Of a stretch of DNA of 51,259 bases, positions 36,046 to 46,727 are shown one piece after another. The DNA is from Pseudomonadota bacterium. GTDB lineage: Bacteria > UBA10199 > 2-02-FULL-44-16 > JBDRGF01. The position numbers were made by a program, and so were the translations under genes. The notes below the pieces were generated by a model. It was not told the origin of the DNA, did not search any database, and saw only the letters and a list, made by a program, of their open reading frames with translations. The DNA lies in NCBI GenBank assembly GCA_043818055.1, contig JBDRGF010000122.1, positions 1 through 51,259 on the forward strand, given 5' to 3'. Every line of letters begins with the position of its first letter. The first letter of the stretch is position 1.

Positions 36046-37260
36046 TTACTTCTTTAAGTTAAAGGCCGTAAGCAGCGAATCAACAGCGTCAAATGAATGT
36101 GATTCGCCTGTAACCATAGAGACCTTGATCTCGGATGTGCCTATCATCTGAATCGGTATGTTTTTATCCGCCAAAGTGTCGAATATCTTAAAGGCAACCC
36201 CCGGGTTTGATCTCATGCCGACGCCGACTACAGAGACCTTCGCAATATTGCAATCGGCTTCCACCAGCCCTGCCCCAACCTCTTTCGCAGCGAATTCGGA
36301 TAAACTGAGCGCCTTTTTGATGACCACTTTGGGGACTGTAAATGAGAGATCTGTGAATCCATCCCTTGATACATTCTGGATGATGAGGTCGATATCGATG
36401 TTTGATGCTGAGAGTTGTTTAAAGATTCTCGCGACGATGCCGACCTTATCCGGAACGCGCCTGATTGAAATCTTGGCTTCGTTGATATTTGATGTCACTG
36501 CAGAGATGAGCGGCCTTTCAATTAGATCATCTTCAGGTTGTACCAATGTCCCCGTATTGTTATTAAATGATGAGTGAACATTGAGAGTAACTTTAAACTT
36601 GGCCGCGATCTCGACAGCCCTCGGGTGAACTACCTTTGCACCAGCATCAGCAAGTTCCAAAAGCTCTTCGTACGAGATGCTCTCCATTTTTTTTGCACCC
36701 AGATGCTGAGTTGGATCCGCAGTGTAAACACCATCGACATCTGTTGCAATATCGCAACGCGAGGCCTTCAAAGCTGCGGCTATTGCAACTGCTGTTATAT
36801 CAGAACCGCCGCGACCGAGCGTTGACACCTTTCCCGAAGTGGTGAGCCCCTGAAATCCGGCTATTACAGGAATTTTATTTTTTGAGAGTGCTTCAAGAAT
36901 TTTTGTAGTTTCTATATTTCGAACGCGAGCCCCCCCATGAAAGTCATCAGTGAAGAGTCCAAGATTTGGTGCGAAGAGGGTCTCGGATTTTATCCCCCTC
37001 TTCTCGAGGGCAATCGACATCAACGCAATCGAGATCTGTTCACCTGTGGCCAGGAGCAAATCATATCCAGATGTGTGAACGATATCTCCAAACTCGCTTG
37101 CGAGTTTATTCAACCTGTTCGTCTCCCCAGCCATTGCGGAAAGAACGAGCACAACACTCTCCCCTTTTTCCTTTGCCTGCAAGACAGCATCGGCAACCCG
37201 GGAAATATGTTCCGTTGTTGCAAGCGACGTTCCACCATATTTTTTAACGACTATATCCAT
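36046..37260 (-). CDS. lysC: Aspartate kinase
   Basis: VKKYGGTS, SAMAGETN, GEQ, AGFQG, TLGRGGSD, TDVDGVYTADP and two ACT domains (STSE-like GTSEIKVS). Start set at ATG 37260. Confidence 0.95.
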   Translation of the reverse strand: MDIVVKKYGGTSLATTEHISRVADAVLQAKEKGESVVLVLSAMAGETNRLNKLASEFGDIVHTSGYDLLLATGEQISIALMSIALEKRGIKSETLFAPNLGLFTDDFHGGARVRNIETTKILEALSKNKIPVIAGFQGLTTSGKVSTLGRGGSDITAVAIAAALKASRCDIATDVDGVYTADPTQHLGAKKMESISYEELLELADAGAKVVHPRAVEIAAKFKVTLNVHSSFNNNTGTLVQPEDDLIERPLISAVTSNINEAKISIRRVPDKVGIVARIFKQLSASNIDIDLIIQNVSRDGFTDLSFTVPKVVIKKALSLSEFAAKEVGAGLVEADCNIAKVSVVGVGMRSNPGVAFKIFDTLADKNIPIQMIGTSEIKVSMVTGESHSFDAVDSLLTAFNLKK

Positions 37261-37269
37261 AATAAACCC

Positions 37270-37354
37270 GCATGTAGCATGTGGCATGTAGTATGTAGGC
37301 AAAGACTGGTATTACTGGCTTTTCTCCACATACCACATGCTACATGCCACATGC
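37270..37354. repeat. Inverted heptamer repeat arrays forming a long stem-loop
   Basis: GCATGTA-GCATGTG-GCATGTA-GTATGTA at 37270-37297 pairs with CACATAC-CACATGC-TACATGC-CACATGC at 37327-37354. Confidence 0.75.
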
Positions 37355-37358
37355 GCCT

Positions 37359-38732
37359 TTAGATCTTATGCATTCCCATCCCCTTCGCATCCAGCAGCGC
37401 TTCGGCAAAGACCTCTGATAGCGTCGGATGCGCGTGCGGTGTCTCAAGAATTTCATCGCAAGTCAATTCATTTTGAATAGCTACGGCTGCCTCTGCAACT
37501 ATCAGATCGGCATCCTTTCCGATGAAGTGGGCTCCCAATAGTTTTTTATTTTCATCGAGATGAACGATCGCCATACCATCCCTCTCGCCATCACATGCTG
37601 CCTTGCCGGAAGCGAGATATGGAAACTTTCCGGTGGAAAATATGATGCCTGAATCGGAAAGCTCTTTAGAGGTTTTGCCCACAGATGCAATCTCAGGGAT
37701 TGTGAAAACAGGAGCCGGTATCGCCCTCATATCGATTTTTTGTTTTTCGCCTAAGATGTTTTCAACTGCCCTCACAGCTTCATGCGAGGCGACATGCGCC
37801 AATAAACTTCCACCTATCACATCGCCTGCTGCATAAATTTTTTCATTCGATGTTTGAAGATATTCGTTCACCTTAATCGATCCTCTATCATTCAATTCGA
37901 CTCCCGCATTTTCAATTTCAAGTCCTTGAACGCAGGATTTCCTGCCGACCGAAACAAGAACTTTCTCTACCCTAATCGTTTCACCTGAAGAAAGTTTTAC
38001 TTCAACAAGATCATCTTTAGATGTAGCGGATTCTACCATGGTCGAAGTGATGACTTTGATTTTATTTTTTTTGAATACTCTGAGAAGCAGTTTCGAAATC
38101 TCTCCCTCCATCATGGGAAGGATCGAATCTGTCGCCTCGACGATTGTGATTTCGCTCCCCATAGCGCTATATAATGAAGCGAATTCGCATCCGATGTAAC
38201 CACCGCCTACGATTAGAATCGATTTTGGGAGCTCGCTCCAGAGCAGCGCGTGGTCGCTCGTGCAGATATGCTTTCCATCGACGGGAAGATTTTTTAGCTC
38301 TATCCATTTCGACCCGGTCGCTATCAGATAATGATCAGCTTCTATCATATTTCCATCGACGCTCAAAGCATCAGGTGATGAGAACCTCGCCTCACCTTTG
38401 ATCAATTCAACCTCGCGTGATTTGAGAAGCATGCCGATGCCTTTTTTGAGATTGTCGACCACCTGCCAGACGCGATCAGATGCCCTTGAAAAATTGAGAT
38501 TGACTGAATTAGCATTCATCTCGATGCCGAACGTTCCAAAATCAGAGCAGCTCTTATATCTTTTTGCTGTGGCTATAAAAGCCTTCGTCGGAATGCATCC
38601 CCGATTAAGACAGACACCTCCAAGCTCCGATTTTTCTATGAGAGCGACTTTCGCTCCCAACTGTGCAGCCCTTATAGCGCCGACATATCCGGCCGGCCCT
38701 GCTCCGATAATCGCTAAATTGTATTTGGACAT
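37359..38732 (-). CDS. lpdA: Dihydrolipoyl dehydrogenase
   Basis: GAGPAGY, redox-active GGVCLNRGCIP, GGGYIG.E, GDV, HAHPTLSE. Confidence 0.95.
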   Translation of the reverse strand: MSKYNLAIIGAGPAGYVGAIRAAQLGAKVALIEKSELGGVCLNRGCIPTKAFIATAKRYKSCSDFGTFGIEMNANSVNLNFSRASDRVWQVVDNLKKGIGMLLKSREVELIKGEARFSSPDALSVDGNMIEADHYLIATGSKWIELKNLPVDGKHICTSDHALLWSELPKSILIVGGGYIGCEFASLYSAMGSEITIVEATDSILPMMEGEISKLLLRVFKKNKIKVITSTMVESATSKDDLVEVKLSSGETIRVEKVLVSVGRKSCVQGLEIENAGVELNDRGSIKVNEYLQTSNEKIYAAGDVIGGSLLAHVASHEAVRAVENILGEKQKIDMRAIPAPVFTIPEIASVGKTSKELSDSGIIFSTGKFPYLASGKAACDGERDGMAIVHLDENKKLLGAHFIGKDADLIVAEAAVAIQNELTCDEILETPHAHPTLSEVFAEALLDAKGMGMHKI

Positions 38733-38849
38733 TTCAACTCCCTCTTCAGGTTATTTAGGCTGAAGGTGTTTAGGTTGAGAGGAAAAGCATAACTCAAAAA
38801 CCTCTGCCATGTTACAAGTATCAAACCTACAGCCTATACACCTGAATCA

Positions 38850-39275
38850 TCAATAACAAATCCTTCTCTGTGTTTCCGATATGATTTCAAATCTAACGTA
38901 TATCGTACGTTCGGGCCAGAAATCTGGAAAGTGATCTGCCCATTCGATCACCGAGATCCCATCCCTCTCCAGATAATCCTCAATGCCGATCTCGAAGAGT
39001 TCAGCCTCGGAAAAGAGCCTGTAGAGGTCGAAGTGATATAGCGCGATTTTGCCTGTGAGATGTTCGTTGAGAAGCGTGAACGATGGCGAACGAACGAGGT
39101 TCGTCTTTTTTACTCCTAAACCTGATGCCATTCCCTTTACAAAGGATGTCTTTCCCGCCCCCAGCTCGCCGATCAGGGCAACGACATCGCCCTTCTTCAA
39201 CGATTTTGCAAATTTGTTTCCGAGCTCGAAGGTCTCTTCCAGAGATTTCGATATGACGACTTTTGATTTAGTCAT
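38850..39275 (-). CDS. tsaE: tRNA threonylcarbamoyladenosine biosynthesis ATPase TsaE
   Basis: GELGAGKT, SPSFTL, HFDLYRL, IEWA. Confidence 0.95.
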   Translation of the reverse strand: MTKSKVVISKSLEETFELGNKFAKSLKKGDVVALIGELGAGKTSFVKGMASGLGVKKTNLVRSPSFTLLNEHLTGKIALYHFDLYRLFSEAELFEIGIEDYLERDGISVIEWADHFPDFWPERTIYVRFEIISETQRRICY

Positions 39276-40815
39276 TTGAAATTTTGCTCCCGGTTAATGA
39301 GAGAATAGCGTCGGGAATTTCTTCCAGAAGGTCGCTCGCTATCATCGCAGCCTCTCCCTTTTTCGATGCCGCGAGGTCTCCGGATAAACCGTGCAGATAT
39401 ACTCCCAAAATAGATGCTTCAATCACATCAAGTTTTTGCGCTATAAAGCTCGCTATCATTCCAGAGAGCACATCGCCGGTGCCAGCCGTTGCCATGCCCG
39501 GATTTCCGGTTGAGTTGATGTAAACATTCCCTTCAGGAGTCGCGACGATTGTATGCATACCCTTCAAGACTAAAACTACACCAAACTTTTTTGCAAAAGC
39601 CGCGGCAATACCGACACGATCGGATTGAACATCTTTTGTAGATGCACCGACAAGTCGCGCCATTTCTTTTGGGTGAGGTGTCAGAACTTTCGGAGCTGTG
39701 TCTCTCTTGAGTGGTTTGAGCTTTCGCAAAGCTATGCAGTTGAGCGCATCGGCATCCAGAACGAGAGGGACTTTCACGCAATTCAAGAGCTCCTCGATGA
39801 ATTCAGCAGTCTCATTTTCAGTACCAATTGCAGGGCCGACAACGATTGAGCTGAATTTATTTAGTTCCTTCTCTAATTTTTTAATTCCGGATTTAACAAA
39901 AAAACCTCTTTCTTCATCTTCGATGATGAAAGGCATTATTTCAGGATACCTTGAGTCGAAATGTCTGTAAGAGCTTTTTGGCATCGCAAAACTCACAAGG
40001 CCAGCGCCACAGCGCAGACTTGCAAGGCTGGCGAGATACCCTGCCCCCAACCTGTCGCTATCTCCGGAGATGATCAACGTGTGACCGAAGAGACCCTTGT
40101 GCGCATTTGGTCTCCTCTTTGGAATCAATGAAGCTGCAAGATTGAGATCGATATATTCCATATCCGAATCGAGGCTCTCTATCAGTGATGAGGGAATTCC
40201 TATATCGACAACCTCAAGCCTCCCCGAAAATTCGTAGCCTGATTTAAGAAAGAGCCCCCTTTTAGGCGCGCCAAATGTGCAAGTGTAATCAGCTTTGAAA
40301 GTCGATCCCAAAACTTCGCCTGTATCAGATGAGAGTCCTGAAGGAATATCGACAGCTATTTTCATTCCCTTAGAGTTGTTGCACAGCTCAATCGCCGTTA
40401 AGAAATCTCCTAAAACCTCTCTCGTAAGTCCCGTGCCGAATATCGCATCTACGACAAGATCAGCATCTTTCAACGAGCCCTCAAGCTCATCCATCTGAAT
40501 GAATCTTACTTTTTTTGGAAGCTTATCGAAGTTGATTTTGGAATCATGAGAGAGCTTTTCAGGAGCGGCTAAAATACATACATCGAGTCTGTCCACCTTG
40601 TCCGCAAGTATTCTCGCAGCGACAAGTCCATCCCCGCCATTGTTTCCACTGCCTGCAATAATCGTGATCTTTGATTTTTTTTTGCCAGATAATCTGATGA
40701 CAAGATCAGCAATACCCAAGCCTGCCTTCTCCATCATCGAGAGAGTATTTAACCCGAACTGTTTTACAGCCTCTTCTTCCAAAAAACGCATTTGCTGGGA
40801 GTTAACAATTTTCAT
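39268..40815 (-). CDS. nnr: Bifunctional NAD(P)H-hydrate epimerase/dehydratase
   Basis: GSGNNGGDG, DAIFGTG and DIPSG (YjeF-N), then HKG.FG, DADAL, LTPH..E..RL and GTGDVL.G. Confidence 0.95.
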   Translation of the reverse strand: MKIVNSQQMRFLEEEAVKQFGLNTLSMMEKAGLGIADLVIRLSGKKKSKITIIAGSGNNGGDGLVAARILADKVDRLDVCILAAPEKLSHDSKINFDKLPKKVRFIQMDELEGSLKDADLVVDAIFGTGLTREVLGDFLTAIELCNNSKGMKIAVDIPSGLSSDTGEVLGSTFKADYTCTFGAPKRGLFLKSGYEFSGRLEVVDIGIPSSLIESLDSDMEYIDLNLAASLIPKRRPNAHKGLFGHTLIISGDSDRLGAGYLASLASLRCGAGLVSFAMPKSSYRHFDSRYPEIMPFIIEDEERGFFVKSGIKKLEKELNKFSSIVVGPAIGTENETAEFIEELLNCVKVPLVLDADALNCIALRKLKPLKRDTAPKVLTPHPKEMARLVGASTKDVQSDRVGIAAAFAKKFGVVLVLKGMHTIVATPEGNVYINSTGNPGMATAGTGDVLSGMIASFIAQKLDVIEASILGVYLHGLSGDLAASKKGEAAMIASDLLEEIPDAILSLTGSKISND

Positions 40816-40858
40816 GGTTTAAGCTTAATACTTATAGCTTACAGCTTATAGCTTCTCC

Positions 40859-41236
40859 TCACCCTTCCACAACAACATTTGCCACGCCGTAGTTGCCGTC
40901 GTGCGAGATCATCAGGTGAACCTTTTTTACTGAAAGCTCCTTGTAACGATTCTTGAGCTTTCCCGACAAAACTGCCGTTGGTCTTCCCTCTTCGTCCTGA
41001 TCGATTTCGATCAGTCTGTAATCGACGGTTCTCTCCTCTTTAGAAAAGAGGGCTTTGATCAGCGCCTGCTTTGCTGCAAAGCGTGTCGCAAATCTGATCG
41101 CCGGGTTTTTCTTGTTGTTGCAATAGCGAATTTCGTTGTCAGTGAAGAGCATACGCAGGAAGCGTTCCTCCCAGCGAAATATGGCACTCTCGATTCTGCG
41201 CACATCGACCAGATCGACTCCAATCCCTAATATCAT
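40859..41236 (-). CDS. acpS: Holo-[acyl-carrier-protein] synthase
   Basis: GIGVDLV...RI, FT..E, RFAAKQA.IKAL, GRP, ISH; located after pdxJ as usual. Confidence 0.9.
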   Translation of the reverse strand: MILGIGVDLVDVRRIESAIFRWEERFLRMLFTDNEIRYCNNKKNPAIRFATRFAAKQALIKALFSKEERTVDYRLIEIDQDEEGRPTAVLSGKLKNRYKELSVKKVHLMISHDGNYGVANVVVEG

Positions 41237-41955
41237 GATGCCCCCCTTATCAAACGGTTCATCTCTGCAACCGCTTCTTTTATTCCTACAAATATTGATC
41301 GTGCGACAATAGCATGCCCGATGTTGTATTCTTCTATTGCTGAAATCTTTTCAGCAATCATTTGGATGTTATCGTAATTTAGGCCGTGCCCTGCAGCGAC
41401 TCTCAAACCATAGATCTTTGCAAGCTTTGCGGAATTTGCAAGTTTGTCGAGCTCAGATGCAACAGCATCTTTTGTAGCCTGGGCGTAGTTACCCGTATGT
41501 AGTTCTATAGCATCTGCGTTAAATTCCTTTGCTATCTCAATTTGAGCCGGTTCAGGATCGATAAACAGGCTGACGGTGATCCCGCTCCTTTTGATTTCAG
41601 AAATAATATTGCGAAGATGTTCTGTATTCTTTGTGAGATCGAGTCCTGATTCTGTCGTGATCTCCTCTCTCTTCTCCGGCACTAAGGTCACGATATCGGG
41701 CTTGGCTTTGATGGCGATTTGCACAATCTCATCAACTGGCGCCATCTCCAGGTTAAGCTTTACAGTCGTTTTTTTTCTGATTTCGAAAAGGTCTGAATCC
41801 TGAATATGTCTTCTGTCCTCTCTTAAGTGTATGGTAATCTGATTCGCGCCACCATCGATCGCCTGAAACATAGCATCAAGCGGGCTGGGATATTGGGTCC
41901 CCCGAGCCTCGCGAAGCGTTGCGACATGATCGATGTTAACACCCAAAGTTGTCAC
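41233..41955 (-). CDS. pdxJ: Pyridoxine 5'-phosphate synthase
   Basis: LGVNIDHVATLR, HLREDRRHI, NLEMA, LVPE.REE.TTE, ELHTG, AGHGL, NIGH. Confidence 0.97.
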   Translation of the reverse strand: MTTLGVNIDHVATLREARGTQYPSPLDAMFQAIDGGANQITIHLREDRRHIQDSDLFEIRKKTTVKLNLEMAPVDEIVQIAIKAKPDIVTLVPEKREEITTESGLDLTKNTEHLRNIISEIKRSGITVSLFIDPEPAQIEIAKEFNADAIELHTGNYAQATKDAVASELDKLANSAKLAKIYGLRVAAGHGLNYDNIQMIAEKISAIEEYNIGHAIVARSIFVGIKEAVAEMNRLIRGAS

Positions 41956-43328
41956 TGTATCTCTCCAACTCCAAGCTCCTGTTCGATCGTTCCTGCGATA
42001 TCACGCGCCATCGTTCTGATGCGATCTATCGATTCCCCCTCGACCATGATTCGTGCGATGTTTTCGGTCCCGGAATATCTGATCAGAAGACGGCCGGCTT
42101 CACCTAATTCCTTCTCATAGTTTGTAACCACTTTGGCGATGGGAGCAAAATCATTTAGATTTCTCTTCTCCTTCACCTTCACATTTACCAAAACCTGTGG
42201 ATAGGGCTCAAATATATTGGCAAGCTCGGAGAGTGGTTTTTCGTGTCTCAACATCAAATATAGCACCTGCAGAGCCCCCATTATGCCATCCCCTGTCGTG
42301 TTGTGATCTAAAAATATCATGTGGCCCGATTGTTCGCCTCCGAGGTTATAATTTTCGCTCTTCATCTTCTCGATGACGTAACGATCTCCGACTTTCGTTC
42401 TCACGACCTTGATATCCTTGGCTGCCATCGCCCTGTCGAGAGCGATATTACTCATAACCGTCGCTACAAGCGTATTATTATTCAATTTTCCTTCCGCCTT
42501 CATTCTCTCGGCGCACAGCGCCATGATAACATCGCCATCGACGACAGTCCCCTTTTCATCGCACATGATGAGTCGATCGGCGTCTCCATCGAGCGCGACT
42601 CCAACATTCGCTCCCGTCTTTCTGACCAGCTCGCACATCCGCTCAGGGTTTAACGAGCCACAATTCTGATTGATGTTTGTTCCGTTCGGGCTAGTTCCCA
42701 GCTCGACGACTGACGCCCCAAGTTCACAAAAGACGGATGGGGCTATAATATAGCCGGAGCCGTTAGCACAATCTACGACGATTCTGAAATCGTCCAGCAT
42801 ATATGGCTGTGGGAATGTATTTTTGAGAAACTGGATATAGCGACCCAGCGCATCTTCGATTCTCTTCGCTCTTCCGATGTGATCATCGACCGGGCGGGAT
42901 TCTGGAGGAAAACCCTTTGCCATGATCCCCTCTATTTGCAACTCCAGGTCATCGGATAGCTTGTAACCATCGCGGTCAAAAAACTTTATGCCGTTGTCGC
43001 TGTAGGGATTGTGCGAAGCAGAGATCATCACCCCCGCGTCCGCGCGCATGCTCCTCGTTATGAAGGCAACACCCGGTGTCGGGATTGGACCGACGAGCAA
43101 AACATCCGCGCCGGCGGAACATATTCCTGTAGCGAGCGCCTGTTCGATCATGTAGCCGGACTGACGTGTATCCTTGCCGATCACTATCCTGTGCTTGTGG
43201 GTTCCGTTGATGAAAAGAGAAGCAGCTGCCCTCCCCAGAGACATTATAGATTCAGGATCCATAGGTGGGATATTCGCTTTACCCCTTACCCCATCCGTTC
43301 CAAAAATTTTCCTGCGATCTTCTTTCAT
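41952..43328 (-). CDS. glmM: Phosphoglucosamine mutase
   Basis: FGTDGVRG, GKDTR.SGYM, ISASHNP, DGDADR, GGEQSGH, RYSGTE. Start set at ATG 43328 because the upstream extension is REP-derived. Confidence 0.96.
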   Translation of the reverse strand: MKEDRRKIFGTDGVRGKANIPPMDPESIMSLGRAAASLFINGTHKHRIVIGKDTRQSGYMIEQALATGICSAGADVLLVGPIPTPGVAFITRSMRADAGVMISASHNPYSDNGIKFFDRDGYKLSDDLELQIEGIMAKGFPPESRPVDDHIGRAKRIEDALGRYIQFLKNTFPQPYMLDDFRIVVDCANGSGYIIAPSVFCELGASVVELGTSPNGTNINQNCGSLNPERMCELVRKTGANVGVALDGDADRLIMCDEKGTVVDGDVIMALCAERMKAEGKLNNNTLVATVMSNIALDRAMAAKDIKVVRTKVGDRYVIEKMKSENYNLGGEQSGHMIFLDHNTTGDGIMGALQVLYLMLRHEKPLSELANIFEPYPQVLVNVKVKEKRNLNDFAPIAKVVTNYEKELGEAGRLLIRYSGTENIARIMVEGESIDRIRTMARDIAGTIEQELGVGEIQ

Positions 43329-43347
43329 AATTGTTCCCCCAAAATTA

Positions 43348-43373
43348 TGTAGGGGCGGTTCGCGAACCGCCCT
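43348..43373. repeat. GTAG-type REP singleton
   Basis: TGTAGGGGCGGTTCGCGAACCGCCCT. Confidence 0.8.
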
Positions 43374-43425
43374 TAATAACACTTTTATATATGACGCGCT
43401 GCTTTATAGCAATTTTTAAAAAAGA

Positions 43426-44226
43426 TCAAGTAAAGCTCGTAAGTTTAGACTCCATTTCTAGAAATCTTCTAGTCGATGCGACGTCGTGCACCCTGAATAT
43501 TGTTGCGCCGTTTCTGTATGCCAAACCTATAGTAGCAAGCGTTGCTTCAAGCCTTTCTTCAAGTTGATGACCTAACAAGTTATTAATAAAAGATTTATTT
43601 GATAATCCGATTAATAATGGAGCTTTATTTTTTAGCCAGATGGGGATTCCATCCAAGAGCTTGATGTTATCCTTTGCATCCTTTCCAAATCCGATTCCCG
43701 GATCGAGGATAATTTTATCAGTCTTGATTCCATTTTTTTTTGCGCATTCGATTCTCTCTTTGAAATATTCCTCTATTTCATCAATCAGATTATCGTAATG
43801 TGTATTTGCCTGCATACTCTTTGGAGTACCTCTCATGTGCATGAGGCAAATCTCAACATCGTGCTCAGCAGCAACATTGAGTATTTTTGGGTCAGTCCTC
43901 CCACCGCTCACGTCGTTTATCATATTCGCACCCGCACATATGGCGCTAAGAGCAACCTCAGATTTCTGCGTATCTATTGAAATTTTAACGGACGAGTGTT
44001 TTCTGATTTCTTCTATAACCGGTATACATCTCTCTATCTCTTCGTCGTTTGATACGGGACTTGAACCCGGGCGGGTCGATTCTCCACCTATATCTATTAT
44101 ATAAGCTCCATCCCGCTCCATCTGGAGTGCGTGATCGACAGCCTTCGATCTGTCGAAAAACCTGCCGCCGTCAAAGAATGAATCGGGAGTGATGTTGAGA
44201 ATTCCCATCAGCTTGAACGATTTCAC
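43426..44226 (-). CDS. folP: Dihydropteroate synthase
   Basis: MGILNITPDSFFDGG, DIGGESTRPG, DPGIGFGK, S.KSF, RVHDV. Confidence 0.96.
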   Translation of the reverse strand: MKSFKLMGILNITPDSFFDGGRFFDRSKAVDHALQMERDGAYIIDIGGESTRPGSSPVSNDEEIERCIPVIEEIRKHSSVKISIDTQKSEVALSAICAGANMINDVSGGRTDPKILNVAAEHDVEICLMHMRGTPKSMQANTHYDNLIDEIEEYFKERIECAKKNGIKTDKIILDPGIGFGKDAKDNIKLLDGIPIWLKNKAPLLIGLSNKSFINNLLGHQLEERLEATLATIGLAYRNGATIFRVHDVASTRRFLEMESKLTSFT

Positions 44227-44229
44227 CTT

Positions 44230-46167
44230 TTACTCCCTATCGCCACCCGTGGCGGGCTCTTCGTTATCAAGAGTGGGCTCCTCATCCGGTGCTGCTTCCT
44301 CTGGTAAAACCTGAGGTGGTTCATCCCTTGGTTCGAGTGCCTCTCCCTTCATTATCCTCTCGATCTCTTCGCCGGTCAGTGATTCGTACTCGAGCAGCGC
44401 TTCGGCGAGGTTTTTAAGAGTCTCAACGTTATCCTTGAGAAGTGTTTTCGATCTTTCGAAGTTTCTCATAATTATAGCTTTGATCTCGTCGTCGATCATC
44501 TGTGAGGTGCGTTCACTAAATTCTACATGTCTCGTGATCTCGCGCCCTAAGAAGATCTCCTCCTCCTTGCTGCCGTAAGCAAGAGGCCCCAACTCGCTCA
44601 TCCCCCATTCGCAGACCATCTTTCGGGCGAGCTCGGTTGCGCGGTCGATGTCGTTTCCAGCCCCTGTCGTCTGATGTTTGAATATAAGCTCTTCGGCCGC
44701 CCTGCCGCCGAGCAGAATCGCGATTGTATTTTCACAGAAGAGGCTGCTCTGAATATAACGGTCCTCAGTAGGAAGCTGCTGCGTAAGGCCCAGCGCTGCG
44801 CCTCTCGGTATGATAGTAACCTTGTGAATCGGGTCGGTGCCGGGGATGAGTCTCGCGACTAGCGTATGTCCCGCTTCATGATAGGCAGTGAACCTCTTTT
44901 CCTCATCGAGAATCATCATACTCTTTCGCTCCGAACCCATGAGCACCTTATCCTTGGCGACATCGAAATCCTTCTTCGTGATCTCTTTTTGGTTGTGGCG
45001 CGCAGCCCAGAGCGCTGCTTCGTTGACGACATTTTCAAGATCAGCGCCTGAAAAGCCGGGAGTTCCCCGTGCGACGACTGAGAGATCAACATCTTTAGAG
45101 AGAGGTTTTTTTCGTGAATGAACTTTGAGAATCTCTTCCCTTCCTTTGTAATCTGGCTTGGGAACCATGATGCGCCTGTCGAATCTGCCTGGCCTCAAAA
45201 GCGCCGGATCGAGAACATCAGGTCTGTTTGTCGCGGCCATTATTATGACACCTTCATTTGACTCGAAGCCATCCATCTCGACAAGAAGCTGATTCAAAGT
45301 CTGCTCCCTCTCATCATGTCCACCGCCAAGCCCCGCCCCTCTGTGCCGACCGACCGCGTCGATCTCGTCTATGAAAACGATACACGGGGCGTTTTTCTTT
45401 CCCTGTTCGAAAAGATCGCGCACCCTTGCGGCTCCAACGCCGACAAACATCTCGACAAATTCTGAACCCGAGATCGAAAAGAAGGGAACGCCTGCTTCAC
45501 CGGCGACAGCCCGCGCTAGCAGTGTCTTTCCGGTACCGGGAGCTCCGAGCAACAAAACTCCTTTGGGAATTCTGCCGCCAAGGCGCGTGAATTTTTTTGG
45601 CTCCTTCAAAAAGGCGATAATCTCCTCGAGTTCCTCCTTGGCCTCCTTCACACCTGCGACATCTTCAAATGTGACCATTTTCGCCTTGTCGGCGATGAGC
45701 TTCGCCTTGCTCCTGCCGAAGTTCATGGCCTTTCCGCCACCGCCCTGAAGCTGTCTCATCGAGAAAAAGAAAAATCCGAAGAGGAGCAGGATCGGAAACC
45801 ATGATATGAGAAGGTGCTGCCAAAATGGCGTCTCCTTTGGTTTTAAAAATGTGATCTTTGCGTCACTCTTGGAGACCATCCGGAATATTTCATCGGTGGG
45901 GTTGGGGCCTATAGTCTGAAAACGGGCACCCTCTTTATATTCGAATTTAAACTCGCCAAAATATGACTGTTCCTGGATCGTAAGGGTCGCAACCTGATTT
46001 TTTTCAAGCACCTGAACCAGTTCTGAAAATGAGATCTGTTCGGCCTGTACCCCGGGTTGGCTCGAAAAATGCAGGATAGCCAGGACGACTAAAACTATTA
46101 TCAACCAGAGGGCGATAGTCTTTTGCGTCTGATTGAAGTTTCCGGCAGGTTTTTTTTGTATAGGCAT
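44230..46167 (-). CDS. ftsH: ATP-dependent zinc metalloprotease FtsH
   Basis: Two TM helices, [26 protein letters not shown]. Confidence 0.98.
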   Translation of the reverse strand: MPIQKKPAGNFNQTQKTIALWLIIVLVVLAILHFSSQPGVQAEQISFSELVQVLEKNQVATLTIQEQSYFGEFKFEYKEGARFQTIGPNPTDEIFRMVSKSDAKITFLKPKETPFWQHLLISWFPILLLFGFFFFSMRQLQGGGGKAMNFGRSKAKLIADKAKMVTFEDVAGVKEAKEELEEIIAFLKEPKKFTRLGGRIPKGVLLLGAPGTGKTLLARAVAGEAGVPFFSISGSEFVEMFVGVGAARVRDLFEQGKKNAPCIVFIDEIDAVGRHRGAGLGGGHDEREQTLNQLLVEMDGFESNEGVIIMAATNRPDVLDPALLRPGRFDRRIMVPKPDYKGREEILKVHSRKKPLSKDVDLSVVARGTPGFSGADLENVVNEAALWAARHNQKEITKKDFDVAKDKVLMGSERKSMMILDEEKRFTAYHEAGHTLVARLIPGTDPIHKVTIIPRGAALGLTQQLPTEDRYIQSSLFCENTIAILLGGRAAEELIFKHQTTGAGNDIDRATELARKMVCEWGMSELGPLAYGSKEEEIFLGREITRHVEFSERTSQMIDDEIKAIIMRNFERSKTLLKDNVETLKNLAEALLEYESLTGEEIERIMKGEALEPRDEPPQVLPEEAAPDEEPTLDNEEPATGGDRE

Positions 46168-46298
46168 TATTTTATTCCTTTCAATAAAAAAGATTCTTGG
46201 TATCTGATCTTCAAGGCTGTCGATATTATGCTATTCCCTCTTGTAAATCAATAGATTTGAGGTTTAACATGGTTAAATAGGGTTTATAATGACAGGTC

Positions 46299-46727
46299 TT
46301 ATTTCGTTTTAATCTCTTTAAGATACTGAAAAATCTGGGAACAGAATTCGTTGATATCGTTTAGATCCCTCTCTATCATCTGGGGAATCTGTTCTAAGTT
46401 CAATGTTACATATTCGTGAACAAGAATATTCCTGAATCCTACCATGGCACTGAGCGAATCTGAAAGATCGGAAGTGATGATATCATGTTTTTTTAATATC
46501 TGAAATATCTCGCGCCCCTCTTTTGGCACTCCAAAACCCTCGTCCGCTATAATATGGCTCCCCAAATCCATCGTGGTTTGAATTGCATGGTGCAGGTTGA
46601 AGAGGATGAGCTCCTGACAATCCTGATCTGTGAGAAAAAGATCTTTCGAGACGAATTTATCCTTTATACGCATTAGATACCGCTGAATCAGATCAATCTT
46701 GTTTGTGGCAATATCGTGATCAACCAT
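46299..46727 (-). CDS. HEPN-domain (DUF86/HepT-like) RNase toxin
   Basis: GFRNILVHEY (RX4HXY) motif; overlaps the upstream MNT gene. Confidence 0.88.
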   Translation of the reverse strand: MVDHDIATNKIDLIQRYLMRIKDKFVSKDLFLTDQDCQELILFNLHHAIQTTMDLGSHIIADEGFGVPKEGREIFQILKKHDIITSDLSDSLSAMVGFRNILVHEYVTLNLEQIPQMIERDLNDINEFCSQIFQYLKEIKTK

